Origin: an uncultured Candidatus Micrarchaeota archaeon
Lineage (GTDB): Archaea; Micrarchaeota; Micrarchaeia; Burarchaeales; Fermentimicrarchaeaceae
NCBI GenBank assembly: GCA_963760615.1
Contig: CAVXDX010000008.1
Coordinates: 148,722 to 212,721, forward strand
DNA length: 64,000 nucleotides
Reading direction: 5' to 3'
Each line of letters opens with the position of its first letter. Positions within the stretch are counted from its first letter, which is position 1. Under the pieces are notes generated by a model. That model had not been told where the DNA came from, ran no database searches, and saw nothing but the letters and a program-made list of their open reading frames with translations. This document shows positions 8,697-18,477 of the stretch, in pieces. A program made the translations under genes and the position numbers.

Positions 8697-9608
8697 TTAA
8701 TACTTTTCTGAATTGGCTTCCCTTGTGGAGTAATAAACCCCTGCGAATATGAGCAAAGCGCCTAGGGCGGAGTATGGGGCAAGATTCTCACCGCGGAATA
8801 TGTAGGAGAGAATGATTGAGGAAAGGGGCACAAGATATATGAAGACGGCAGCCTGGGAGGCATCAATCCTCTCAAGCGAGTAGGACCATGCGAAATAGGC
8901 GAAAACCGTGCACGTAACTGCCAGGTAGAGGAACCCTGCCCAGCTGTAAAGCGAGAGCGAGAGGAACTTGGAGGGTGGGGAGGTTAGTAATGCGATGGGA
9001 AGCAGTAGGAGTGTGCCGAATATTGAAGCATACACCACTAGGAAGGCCGCCGAGTGCTTACTAACCGCCTTCTTGCTCAACACTGTGTAGGCCGCCCAGC
9101 AGCATGTGCTTGCAAGGGAGAGCAAAGAGCCTGCAATGTCATTCATTTTTGTCCCGAAATTCATATCGCCATTCGTTACAACCAGGAATGCGCCCAGAAA
9201 GGCAATGAATATTGCTGCTATTTTCCTGTTATCCACCCTTTCCTTCAGGAAGAAAGAGGAGAGCAACAGAGTAACCGCTGGGTTGAATGTTGTCATGAGG
9301 GATGCATTGATTGCTGTTGTGAGGTTAACTCCAGAATATTGGAGGATGTAAAGCAGCGCAACGCCAAAGATTCCAAGGGGAATCAGTGTTCCCAGGTCAT
9401 CTCTTTCAAGCCGCTCCCCCTTCATATGCAGCCAGAATGCCACTGGCAGGAAGATGAGAGAGACAAGCATGAACCTTCCTGTTGCTATGAGGATTGGGTC
9501 GACATCGGCTGTGAGAAATTTCACAACTACCCAGGAGCTCCCCCAGAAGAAGGCTGCCAAAACAAGCAAGAGGTAGAGGAATAACTTTCGCACAATGTGA
9601 TTTTGCAT
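8697..9608 (-). CDS. EamA/DMT family transporter
   Basis: About 10 TM helices in two repeats; FWGSSWVVVK, CWAAYTVLSKK. Confidence 0.9.
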   Translation of the reverse strand: MQNHIVRKLFLYLLLVLAAFFWGSSWVVVKFLTADVDPILIATGRFMLVSLIFLPVAFWLHMKGERLERDDLGTLIPLGIFGVALLYILQYSGVNLTTAINASLMTTFNPAVTLLLSSFFLKERVDNRKIAAIFIAFLGAFLVVTNGDMNFGTKMNDIAGSLLSLASTCCWAAYTVLSKKAVSKHSAAFLVVYASIFGTLLLLPIALLTSPPSKFLSLSLYSWAGFLYLAVTCTVFAYFAWSYSLERIDASQAAVFIYLVPLSSIILSYIFRGENLAPYSALGALLIFAGVYYSTREANSEKY

Positions 9609-9624
9609 GCAGGTTTTAAAAGGC

Positions 9625-9906
9625 TCAGCCGTAGGTTATGTAGAACGAGCTGAATTCGCCCTTGAATTCATCCCAGGAGTGCTCAACCCTGTCAACTTTG
9701 GAACCTTCAGAGCCTTTCTCGCACCAGGTGAGCAGGGCTTCAAGCGCCTCTTTCTCTCCTTCAGCAAGAATCTCAACAGAGCCGTCCCTCCTGTTCTTCA
9801 CCCAGCCGGTCAAACCCAGGTTGGAAGCCTTCTCCTCCGTGCTTGACCTGAAGAATACTCCCTGGACAATTCCGTAAACCTGAATATGCAGGCGGGCTTT
9901 GGCCAT
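9625..9906 (-). CDS. acyP: Acylphosphatase
   Basis: VYGIVQGVFFR and GWVKNRRDGSVE signatures. Confidence 0.95.
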   Translation of the reverse strand: MAKARLHIQVYGIVQGVFFRSSTEEKASNLGLTGWVKNRRDGSVEILAEGEKEALEALLTWCEKGSEGSKVDRVEHSWDEFKGEFSSFYITYG

Positions 9907-9999
9907 GTTGTTATATTACACAAACTTATTTTTAATTCTGCCACCTCTTCTGTGATATGCTTTATATTTCTTTCTGGAGAATTCTATTCGGGGGATGTT

Positions 10000-11043
10000 A
10001 TGAAGGGTGAGATGAAAGCAGTTATGAAGAAGAAGCCAGGTCCTGGAGCGGAACTTGTAACTGTCCCGATACCTCAGATAGGGCCGAGGGATATACTTGC
10101 GAAGGTCAAGGCAACTTCAATCTGCGGAACGGATTCTCACATATACGAGTGGAATGCTTGGGCGCAGAGGAGGATAAAACCACCAAGGATAATGGGGCAT
10201 GAGTTCGGAGGGGAGGTTGTTGAAATTGGCAAGGATGTCACCTTTGTTTCAGTTGGCGACCATGTGTCTGCGGAAACGCACATTGTGGACAACAAGTGCT
10301 TCCAGTGCAGGACTGGCAATGCGCACGTTTGCCAGAACATGAAGATACTGGGGGTGGACACAAACGGCTGTTTCGCCGAGTATGTTGCAATTCCTGAGGA
10401 GAATGCCTGGGTGAATGACAAGAGCCTTCCCCCTGAGATAGCCGCAATACAGGAGCCGTTTGGCAATGCAGTTCACACAGTCTTCTCTGAGGGTGTTGAA
10501 GGGAAGACAGTTGCAATTTTCGGTCTTGGTCCAATAGGGATTTGCGCGGTTGCCATATGCAGGGCAGCCGGGGCGGCCCATATATTTGCAGTTGGTAGAA
10601 AAAATGAGTACAGGCTGAACCTTGCAAAGAAGATGGGTGCTGACACAGTTATCAAATCAAACGAGCAGGATGCGGTGAAAATAATAAAGGAGGCGACAGG
10701 TGGTTATGGAGTTGATGTTTCGCTTGAGATGGCAGGCAGCCAAGAAGCAATAACACAGTCCCTGAAGGTGCTGAAATTCGCCGGCAGGCTCTCCGCACTG
10801 GGGTTGCCTGACGGGGACATAACACTGAATTGGGCCGATGATGTCGTTTTCAAGGCTGTGAGAATATACGGTATAACTGGGAGGAGGATGTACGGAACAT
10901 GGTACACCACTGCCGGTTTGCTGAAGTCCGGCAGGGTGAATGTGGAGCCGATAATAACCCACAAGTTCAAGCTTGAGGAGTATGACAAGGGGATGCAGCT
11001 GATGCGCGAAGGAAAGTGCGGAAAGGTTGTTCTATATCCATAG
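10000..11043 (+). CDS. tdh: L-threonine 3-dehydrogenase
   Basis: ICGTDSHIYEWNAWA, GHEFGG, structural Zn motif, GLGPIG, GITGRRMY. ATG at 10000 after an SD; adjacent to kbl. Confidence 0.93.
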   Translation: MKGEMKAVMKKKPGPGAELVTVPIPQIGPRDILAKVKATSICGTDSHIYEWNAWAQRRIKPPRIMGHEFGGEVVEIGKDVTFVSVGDHVSAETHIVDNKCFQCRTGNAHVCQNMKILGVDTNGCFAEYVAIPEENAWVNDKSLPPEIAAIQEPFGNAVHTVFSEGVEGKTVAIFGLGPIGICAVAICRAAGAAHIFAVGRKNEYRLNLAKKMGADTVIKSNEQDAVKIIKEATGGYGVDVSLEMAGSQEAITQSLKVLKFAGRLSALGLPDGDITLNWADDVVFKAVRIYGITGRRMYGTWYTTAGLLKSGRVNVEPIITHKFKLEEYDKGMQLMREGKCGKVVLYP

Positions 11044-11054
11044 GAGGTGTATGT

Positions 11055-12230
11055 ATGGGCAGCAGGCTTGGTTTCATATCTGCAGAAATTGAGGACATGA
11101 AGGCGAAGGGGCTTTTCAAAGTTCCGCCAATTCTTGGCGGGCCTCAGGGAGCCAGGGCGATTGTGAATGGCAAGGAGGTCATCAACCTTTCTTCCAACAG
11201 CTACCTCCAGCTCACAACAAATAAGAAGATGAAGAAGGCTGCAATTGAGGCGCTGAGGAAATACGGAGTTGGCACTGGAGCTGTGAGGCAGATTATAGGC
11301 ACAATGAGCATTCACGAGGAGCTTGAGAAGAAAGTTGCGCAGTTCAAAGGCGCTGAGGCAGTGCTGATGTTCTCTTCTGGAGTTGCTGCAAACAGCGGGA
11401 CAATCCCCACGCTTGTTGGAGAGGGTGACCTGATAATAAGCGATGAGCTTAACCACGGGAGCATAATTGACGGTTGCAGGCTGACAAAGGCCGAGAGGAA
11501 GATATATCCTCATTTGAACATGGAGGAGCTTGAGAAAATCCTCAAGGAGAGCAAGCACAGGAGGAAGCTCATCATCACTGATGGAGTATTCAGCATGGAC
11601 GGGGATATTGCTCCCATGGACAAAATAGTGGAGCTGGCTGAGAAATACGATGCGATAACATATGTTGACGATGCGCACGGGGAGGGAGTGCTTGGAAAGA
11701 ACGGCAGAGGCATAGTTGACCACTTCAATCTGCATGGCAGGGTGGACATAGAGATGGGCACATTTTCAAAAGCATTCGGGTGCATGGGAGGTTATATCGC
11801 AGGAACCGATGACCTGAGGAGCTACCTCATACAGAGGGCAAGGTCATTCCTCTTCAGCACATCACATCCTCCTGCGACTGTGGCGGCAATAAGCGCTGCA
11901 ATAGATGTGGCTCTTGAGAATCCCAAGCTTTTTGACAGGCTGTGGGGCAACGCCAAGTACTTCAGGAAGAAGCTGCAGAAGCTGGGCTTCAACACAGGGA
12001 ACAGCCAAACGCCAATAATACCTGTGATGACAGGAGACAGCGCGCTGGCGCAGCAGCTCTCCAACAAGCTCTTTGAAAAGGGAGTGTATGTGAACCCGAT
12101 TGTATACCCAATGGTTGCAATGGACAAAGCAAGAGTCAGAAACATCATAACCGCAGGGCACAAGAGGAAGGATTTGAATGCTGCGCTTGCAGCATTTGAG
12201 GAAGTTGGGAAGGAACTCAAGCTGATATAA
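11055..12230 (+). CDS. kbl: Glycine C-acetyltransferase (2-amino-3-ketobutyrate CoA ligase)
   Basis: SDELNHGSIIDG, TDGVFSMDGD, DDAHG, PLP lysine motif TFSKAFG. SD GGAGGTG precedes ATG at 11055. Confidence 0.88.
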   Translation: MGSRLGFISAEIEDMKAKGLFKVPPILGGPQGARAIVNGKEVINLSSNSYLQLTTNKKMKKAAIEALRKYGVGTGAVRQIIGTMSIHEELEKKVAQFKGAEAVLMFSSGVAANSGTIPTLVGEGDLIISDELNHGSIIDGCRLTKAERKIYPHLNMEELEKILKESKHRRKLIITDGVFSMDGDIAPMDKIVELAEKYDAITYVDDAHGEGVLGKNGRGIVDHFNLHGRVDIEMGTFSKAFGCMGGYIAGTDDLRSYLIQRARSFLFSTSHPPATVAAISAAIDVALENPKLFDRLWGNAKYFRKKLQKLGFNTGNSQTPIIPVMTGDSALAQQLSNKLFEKGVYVNPIVYPMVAMDKARVRNIITAGHKRKDLNAALAAFEEVGKELKLI

Positions 12231-12292
12231 GAGGCTCAAAAGGTATTTATAAGAAGCCCTAGCATATACTATCTCTGTTTGAAGGGTTAGCT

Positions 12293-13717
12293 ATGGGTGA
12301 AGATGAGGGGGAATACAGCGAGGAGAATGCCGAGAGCTACTATAAGACAGGCAACGAGTATTATGAGAAGGGCAACTTCGACCTCGCTGTTGAGTACTAC
12401 AACAAGGCAATTGAAGCAGACCCTATGTTTGACAAGGCGTATTACAACAGAGGACTGGCCTACGCCTGCAAGGAGGAGTACGACAAGGCAATTGAGGATA
12501 TAAACAAGATGATTGAGCTCAAGCCGAATTTTGCAGAGGCCTACTATATACTCGGCTTGGCATACGAGTACAAGAACATGCCTGACAAGGCTATTGAGAA
12601 CTACAACAAAGCTTTAGAGCTCAACCCGGATTTCAAGGATGCCCAAAATAGATTGGAGCTTGCAAAGAGCAAGAAGGAAAAAGCAAAGGAGGTCACAACA
12701 ACCGAGCCGGGCACCCTTGCAAAGGTGGAGTTCCTTGAGAAGCCGAAGGTGAACTTCAACGATGTTGCGGGAATGAGTTATGCCAAGGAAACTATAAACG
12801 AGCAGATTGTCTACCCATTCAAGAATCCCGAGCTTGCCAAGAAGTATGGGAAGACTGCAGGAGGAGGGATAATGTTCTACGGTCCCCCAGGATGCGGAAA
12901 GACGTTCATGGCAAAGGCAACCGCCGGGCAGTGCGACGTGAATTTCCTACACGCCAGGATAAATGAGATTGTTGACATGTATGCGGGCAACACTGAGAAG
13001 AACCTGCACAGGGTGTTTGAAACTGCCAGGAAGAATTCTCCAGCGGTTGTTTTCTTTGATGAAATGGAGGCGATGGGCGGGAAGAGGGAGGGGGACATGC
13101 AGGGATTCCAGAAGATGGCGATAAACCAGTTCCTGGCTGAGATGGACGGGCTGGAGAGCACCACGGAAAACATACTGGTAATAGGCGCAACAAACGCCCC
13201 CTGGGATGTTGACCCGGCACTCAAAAGATCTGGTAGGTTCGGCAAGACTATATACGTTGGGCTGCCCGACAAGAAATCAAGGGAGGCGCTGTTCAAGCTA
13301 TACTGCAAGAAGAGGCCTGTGAAGGGGATATGGTGGGGAAGGCTTGCCAGAGCTACAGAAGGCTATTCAAGTTCTGATGTGAAGCAGCTCTGCGACGATG
13401 CTGCAACAATACCATGGAGGGAGGCCTATGAGGGCAAGAAGGAGAGGCCTATTTTCATGAGGGACTTCATGAAAGCGATAAGGAAGAGGAAATCCTCCCT
13501 CCCGGAGTGGTTCGGCACAGTGAGGAAGCAGCTTGTGGGGAAGAAGGAGAAGGTTGTGCAGGATGGGAAGGAGCACTGGGTGGAGCACGAGAGCAAGCTC
13601 TCTCCTGAGGAGAAACAGCTGTATCTGGATTTGATAAAGGATGTGCACCAGTACACGGAATGGAGGTACAAGATTCCCAGAATTATAAAGACTGAATTCG
13701 CGAGATGGATTTTCTGA
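12293..13717 (+). CDS. TPR-repeat protein fused to a classical-clade AAA+ ATPase
   Basis: Three TPRs (YYKTGNEYY.., AYYNRGLAY.., AYYILGLAY..); Walker A GPPGCGKT; Walker B FFDE; SRH ATNAPWDVDPALKRSGRF. Confidence 0.88.
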   Translation: MGEDEGEYSEENAESYYKTGNEYYEKGNFDLAVEYYNKAIEADPMFDKAYYNRGLAYACKEEYDKAIEDINKMIELKPNFAEAYYILGLAYEYKNMPDKAIENYNKALELNPDFKDAQNRLELAKSKKEKAKEVTTTEPGTLAKVEFLEKPKVNFNDVAGMSYAKETINEQIVYPFKNPELAKKYGKTAGGGIMFYGPPGCGKTFMAKATAGQCDVNFLHARINEIVDMYAGNTEKNLHRVFETARKNSPAVVFFDEMEAMGGKREGDMQGFQKMAINQFLAEMDGLESTTENILVIGATNAPWDVDPALKRSGRFGKTIYVGLPDKKSREALFKLYCKKRPVKGIWWGRLARATEGYSSSDVKQLCDDAATIPWREAYEGKKERPIFMRDFMKAIRKRKSSLPEWFGTVRKQLVGKKEKVVQDGKEHWVEHESKLSPEEKQLYLDLIKDVHQYTEWRYKIPRIIKTEFARWIF

Positions 13718-13749
13718 TTGACATTTTTAAGCTTTGCATTGCTTAATCT

Positions 13750-14748
13750 ATGCGGGTGTCTGAACTTATGGCAGATGGGATTCTACAGGGTTTGGAGCGT
13801 ATTTTCAAGAGAATTGCCGATAGCGGTGTAATCAAAACTGACAGGGGACCTCTTGCCAGGGTTGAGGTATACCTGGCTCCATATGTAGATGTGATAAGGG
13901 GTGAGCTCACCGCCTCAGAATGGACTTTGCTCGTGGCTCTCTCAGCCATGGTGGGCTTCATTGTGCTCCTGCTCCCAGTCTACGCTCTAACAAATTCTCC
14001 TGCTCTCGCCATCATATTTTCACTTCTGGGTGCGATATTCATAGGGTATGTAGTGGTGACAATTCCCACAATACTGGCCTCCATGAAAACTGAGAATATG
14101 GAGAGGGCAATGCCCCTCTTCCTTTCGCATCTCACGGCGGTTTACTCAGACAGGAAGAACATGAGGGATGCCCTGCTCAGCATGATGCCAATGGACTATG
14201 GGCAGCTTTCATTGGAGCTCAGGGAGTCCATCTCTAATTTTGAAGTGAGTGGCAACCCAAAAACTTCCTTCAGGAGGTTGAGTAAAACAATACGCTGCAG
14301 AAGCATAAACAGGGCATTTGACCTCATAACCAAATCCATAGACAGCGGGATAGATGTATCGGAATCGCTGAGCATACTGACAAACAACATCACATCAGAC
14401 CTGGATGCGGAGGTCGAGAAGAACAGCAGGATAGGCCTTTCCACATGGATGATTCTGCTCTCCTCATCACTATTCTACCCACTCTTTGCTGGGATGGGGT
14501 ATAACATCACCCTCATACTGGAGGGGCTTATAGGGAGCCCACTCTACTCTGCTGTAGACAAGCAGCTCCTGCTCTTCAGCCTGCTCGTCTATATGCTTCT
14601 CGCGAATGCACTGGACTCAATGTTTATAGGGCAGGTGAGATACGGCTCGGTGAAGAGGGGGTTGATAATGGTTTTCCCCCTAATGCTACTCATATCAACT
14701 GTTGTGTTCACGGTTTCAATGAAGCTGGCCGGGATATTTGTGGGGTGA
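13750..14748 (+). CDS. Type II secretion system F / TadC-like pilus platform membrane protein
   Basis: TM hairpin, then a T2SSF-like cytoplasmic domain (ERAMPLFLSHL..DYGQLSLEL..SGIDVSESL), then 3 TM helices. Confidence 0.78.
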   Translation: MRVSELMADGILQGLERIFKRIADSGVIKTDRGPLARVEVYLAPYVDVIRGELTASEWTLLVALSAMVGFIVLLLPVYALTNSPALAIIFSLLGAIFIGYVVVTIPTILASMKTENMERAMPLFLSHLTAVYSDRKNMRDALLSMMPMDYGQLSLELRESISNFEVSGNPKTSFRRLSKTIRCRSINRAFDLITKSIDSGIDVSESLSILTNNITSDLDAEVEKNSRIGLSTWMILLSSSLFYPLFAGMGYNITLILEGLIGSPLYSAVDKQLLLFSLLVYMLLANALDSMFIGQVRYGSVKRGLIMVFPLMLLISTVVFTVSMKLAGIFVG

Positions 14749-14752
14749 TAGT

Positions 14753-15031
14753 ATGGCATGCATATCGGTTGAACTTGCAATTGCGATGCTGCTCTTCGCG
14801 GGAGCTGTAATACTGTTCAGGGAATACCAGAGCAGGAGGACCATCAAGCTGCTTGGGGATGAGAGCGATGAGCTCAGAAACTCTATATATGCCTTGCAGA
14901 CTGAAGAAAAGAACTTCAGGGAGAAGGACTTCAGGAAGCTGCTGGCTGATTTCAACAAAATTAAGGATAAGCTAGATGAGTATGAGAGTGAGAATGTGAA
15001 GTTGAAGAAGCTACTTGAGAAGAAAAAATGA
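14753..15031 (+). CDS. Single-TM coiled-coil hypothetical protein
   Basis: Hydrophobic N-terminus followed by a heptad-like K/E/L-rich tail; SD GGGGTGA. Confidence 0.6.
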   Translation: MACISVELAIAMLLFAGAVILFREYQSRRTIKLLGDESDELRNSIYALQTEEKNFREKDFRKLLADFNKIKDKLDEYESENVKLKKLLEKKK

Positions 15032-15358
15032 GGTGCTCATCCCATTCGCAGGGTCGGTTATGTTCGCCTCAGCTGGAAATTTTTGCAGGTCTATGCCTAC
15101 CTTCAAGCCATACGTGCTGGAGAGTTCTCTCTCCACGGTGTCGGCCCACTGGTTTCTGTGGCTCTCGTCCACTTTTTTGTAGCTCTTGATTAGCACGTTC
15201 CTTGCAATGGCAATTCTGTCCGAACGTATCTCTGAAGCAACCATGGAGGAGTATCCATTGCTTGCAATGCGCGGAGAGTTTAAGCCGAGCAGGAGCACGA
15301 AGCCTAGCATGAATACAGAAAGCATGAGCAGCCCTGCAAATCCTCTTCTCATTTCCAT
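15011..15358 (-). CDS. Pilin-like protein, class III-like signal (RRG|FAGLLMLSV)
   Basis: Basic N-terminus ending in G, then a hydrophobic helix; last gene of the cluster. Confidence 0.55.
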   Translation of the reverse strand: MEMRRGFAGLLMLSVFMLGFVLLLGLNSPRIASNGYSSMVASEIRSDRIAIARNVLIKSYKKVDESHRNQWADTVERELSSTYGLKVGIDLQKFPAEANITDPANGMSTSFFLLK

Positions 15359-15785
15359 AGGCTCACTCTCACAAGCCTGTTTTCCGCACCCCTCTTCAGA
15401 GGCATAACCAGCAGGAATTGCTCCCTGCGCGTTAAGGGGGAGCTGCTCATCTCAACAGAGAACTGGCTGGAGCCGTCCACCTGGACGTCAATCCTGCTGA
15501 CTCCGGCAATGCGCCCGTAGTTGTAGAGCCTCTCGCGAAGGTAGTTCATCTCGCTCGGGGATAGATAGCCCTTGACTTCAAGCCCTTTCTGAATCGTTCC
15601 GTATATCATCTCGTCATCGTAGAACGCATTCACAATATCATAGCCTGCTCTTTCCAGAGCCAAGTCTCCTGTTGGGTGCCTGCTCTGGGCCAAGCTGCAA
15701 AAAGCACGTAGGACAACATGATTGCAAGCAGGAGGGAGAGGGCGCCGTCCAGAACCATCACCTGCGCTTTCCCAAGCCTAGGCAT
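15349..15785 (-). pseudogene. Pilin-like gene (MPRLGKAQ|VMVLDGALSLLL) interrupted by a 1-nt frameshift
   Basis: ATG at 15785 with SD GGTGA. The signal-peptide frame stops after about 51 codons; the domain continues in the -1 frame (ORF 15349..15693). T5 run at 15699-15703. Confidence 0.65.
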
Positions 15786-17061
15786 AATTCACCACCAGCT
15801 TATAGTGGAAGTTTCCCTGCACATTGCGGAAGAGGAGGCTGTTTGTGCCATGCCTTAAGTAAGCGGATACGTCCTCCACTGCAAAAGCAGAGTGGGAGGA
15901 CTGGTCGTTAAGCTGAGTGCTGAGGATGTCTCCGACAGGTTCGGAGTTGGCTGAGGGAGCGTAGTAGTTTATTGTGAGCGTCGCATCCCCTCCAGAAAGA
16001 TAGTATCCTTGAGAGTTAGCTGGAGATCCCTCGCATGATACGGTATAAGGCATTGAAATGCTTATTGTGTTCATCCCGGGCTTTACCATATCGATGGAAA
16101 CAGGAGGGTTTTTGGCACCATTCACGTATACATCCATTGAGCCAGCTATTGAATTCCTGAGGTAGTTTGCATTGGTTATGATGCTGTTTGGAGGGATTTC
16201 AACGGTGCCTTGCTGGGAGGAGAAAGTTGATGATTTCACCTGAAGCACAAACACATCCGGAGCGGGATTTATACATTCATAACTTTGCTGAAGGTAGTAG
16301 GATGCCTGCGCCCCTGCAGTCTTGTCCTCATAGCGATGCGCATCTTCTATCTCAAGCACCGCAGAGTATATCACTGCGTCATCGGGCAGCGAGAATATCT
16401 CCTCGTAGTCCAGGCCCCTTGGTGCAACAACATCTTTCTCTATGTTGAATGTTTTCATTATTCCATTTGAAGGCGGTCTGGCATCAAGAACCGTGAAGTT
16501 GGTTCTAACAAGGACGGACTGGTTGGTATCTGGGTTTATCAATGTGTTGCCGTTATCATCCTGGGCAACTGCACTCACGTTGTAAACGCCGGGGCTGGCG
16601 GGAATGAAAGTTGCAGTGAGCGTGCGGGATGCAATTACTGTCACGTTATCCTCCTCCGAAGGCGAAAGGGGAATATTATTTCCTGAGGAGTTCACAATCC
16701 ATATCACAAGCTTCGGCACCTTCATTGGGTCTGGGTAGTTGTTCCATGCATTGAGCTGTATGACGGCTGGCTGGTTGAGGAAGTAGGGCTCGTTCTTAAT
16801 CAGCTCGAGAGAAAGCAGGCTGGCGTCAGTGTAGTTTCCAAACCCACCTGAAACTGGATAGAAGCCAGTTGCGAAGCTCTCGTTGCTTAGGTAGTTGAGC
16901 ATTGAGTTTGATGCATTCCCAACTCCGCTCTGCGCTGCCGAGTACGCTCCCTGCTGCATCTTCATTATCTCTGACAAGCTCATCACCCCTGCCAGCACCA
17001 CAAGCACAACGGCAGAAAGTATGAGAAGGAATTCAATCGAAGTCTGTGCTCTCACGGCCAT
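15778..17061 (-). CDS. Large class III signal-peptide protein (minor pilin/adhesin-like)
   Basis: RAQ|TSIEFLLILSAVVLVV, then about 390 aa of beta-rich extracellular sequence with two Cys. Confidence 0.78.
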   Translation of the reverse strand: MAVRAQTSIEFLLILSAVVLVVLAGVMSLSEIMKMQQGAYSAAQSGVGNASNSMLNYLSNESFATGFYPVSGGFGNYTDASLLSLELIKNEPYFLNQPAVIQLNAWNNYPDPMKVPKLVIWIVNSSGNNIPLSPSEEDNVTVIASRTLTATFIPASPGVYNVSAVAQDDNGNTLINPDTNQSVLVRTNFTVLDARPPSNGIMKTFNIEKDVVAPRGLDYEEIFSLPDDAVIYSAVLEIEDAHRYEDKTAGAQASYYLQQSYECINPAPDVFVLQVKSSTFSSQQGTVEIPPNSIITNANYLRNSIAGSMDVYVNGAKNPPVSIDMVKPGMNTISISMPYTVSCEGSPANSQGYYLSGGDATLTINYYAPSANSEPVGDILSTQLNDQSSHSAFAVEDVSAYLRHGTNSLLFRNVQGNFHYKLVVNYA

Positions 17062-17414
17062 ACCTTCACCTCCATCTGAGAAGGCTGCCCCTTCACAAAA
17101 ACCAGCCTCCTCACAGAATAAACATTAACATTGTCCGGCGCAGACCTGCCGAAATGCATGCCGCCGACTGTCAGCTCGACATTGTCTCGTATTGTGGAGT
17201 TGAGCTTTGCCAGGTCTACATTGCCACTGGAGTCAGTGTACTTCTTGACTATAGAATCCGCAATGTTGTCCGCAATAAAGTACATCCTCTCGTCAATTAT
17301 ATCGGAATTGGTCCTTCTGTTCAGCATGAAAAATGATGAGAAAAGCAGTATGGAGGCCAGAAAAGCCATGAGCAGCGAAAGCACCTCCTCTGCAAAAATT
17401 ATCTGCCCTCTCAT
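17052..17414 (-). CDS. Pilin-like protein, class III signal
   Basis: MRGQ|IIFAEEVLSLLMAFL. Confidence 0.7.
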   Translation of the reverse strand: MRGQIIFAEEVLSLLMAFLASILLFSSFFMLNRRTNSDIIDERMYFIADNIADSIVKKYTDSSGNVDLAKLNSTIRDNVELTVGGMHFGRSAPDNVNVYSVRRLVFVKGQPSQMEVKVWP

Positions 17415-17839
17415 GCGCTCTCCTCCATCCTCAGGAGCTTCCCCCCATCAGTCTGTTGTATTGATATCTGCAGGTTATCAAGAGGCAGGCTTGCAGCGAT
17501 GCTTACCGGGGCGTAGCCATCGGGCGAAACAACCACCCAGTTGGAGCGGAAGCTCACGTTGTAATCCACCTCTTTTGAGAAGCCCAAGCTTCGTATCCTG
17601 CCTGGAAGAATCAACGAGATTGAGCAGCCTCTACCGCTGCAGAGGTTTCTGTGCATAAGGTCTGCGGAGTTGGCTATTCTCTGCGCGAGCATGAGGGAAG
17701 CGATGCGTATCTGGCTGCCCTCCTCGCTGTTTCTGATATGCGTTGCGAAGATGAGAGAGGCAAGGAAAAGCAGAAGGACTGCTGAGATGGCCGCATAGAA
17801 CTCTATGGATATCTGACCTCTAGTAAATGAATTCGACAA
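17411..17839 (-). CDS. Pilin-like protein, class III signal
   Basis: RGQ|ISIEFYAAISAVLLLF. Confidence 0.78.
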   Translation of the reverse strand: MSNSFTRGQISIEFYAAISAVLLLFLASLIFATHIRNSEEGSQIRIASLMLAQRIANSADLMHRNLCSGRGCSISLILPGRIRSLGFSKEVDYNVSFRSNWVVVSPDGYAPVSIAASLPLDNLQISIQQTDGGKLLRMEESA

Positions 17840-18236
17840 TTACCTCACCTGCTTTTCTGCAGTACATCCTCGCGACATGCTTACCCTTTGAGAGGGTGAA
17901 GTTGCTTGGGAAAATTGACAGCTTGTATGGATTTAGCCTGCTGAAGTTCATCCCTCTGAATGTGAAAGTGGAGAGATAGTTGCCATCGGCGAGTCGGCTC
18001 TGATGGTATGCAGTCAAATCTTCAGGTATGTCTACCTGCACTATTCTCTGCGAGCCCTCGCTCAGCACATCGGCATTGCCGTAGATTGACTGAAGAGAAT
18101 CCGCGAACCTTGCTGTTGAGATGGAGGGGCCTACGCTGCCTAGGCCGCTGCGCATTGAGTAAAGAGTGAAAATGAGAAGAGTTACGCCTATTGCAGAGAT
18201 GAGAAGAAATTCTGCACTTGTTTGTCCCCTCAACAT
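17820..18236 (-). CDS. Pilin-like protein, class III signal
   Basis: MLRGQ|TSAEFLLISAIGV; start at ATG 18236. Confidence 0.78.
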   Translation of the reverse strand: MLRGQTSAEFLLISAIGVTLLIFTLYSMRSGLGSVGPSISTARFADSLQSIYGNADVLSEGSQRIVQVDIPEDLTAYHQSRLADGNYLSTFTFRGMNFSRLNPYKLSIFPSNFTLSKGKHVARMYCRKAGEVIVEFIY

Positions 18237-18240
18237 GAAA

Positions 18241-18477
18241 TCATGGATTCGTTTGGTTAGTTTGGTTGATTGAGTTTCTTGTCTCATTCATTATTGTGCT
18301 TATCGCTTGTGTCGGTGACTGGCTCTGGTTGTTTACGGTCACATTGCCCTGGGTGCTTTCCCTGAGCTCCCTCATTGTCAGGAACAGGCTCACGAGCAAA
18401 AGCACAATCACTGAGATTATGAGCAGGTATTCTATGGTAGTTTGTGCTTTTATCAACTGACGTTGTCTTATACTCAT
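18241..18477 (-). CDS. Short class III signal-peptide protein (DUF361-like candidate major pilin)
   Basis: KAQ|TTIEYLLIISVIVLL; short N/T/Q-rich tail with sequons; first gene of the operon. Confidence 0.78.
   Translation of the reverse strand: MSIRQRQLIKAQTTIEYLLIISVIVLLLVSLFLTMRELRESTQGNVTVNNQSQSPTQAISTIMNETRNSINQTNQTNP

Noticed and set aside
12293-13717. ESCRT Vps4/CdvC call for the AAA ATPase
   Set aside because: The N-terminus is TPR rather than MIT, the pore loop is not SKW-type, and no ESCRT-III-like gene is adjacent.
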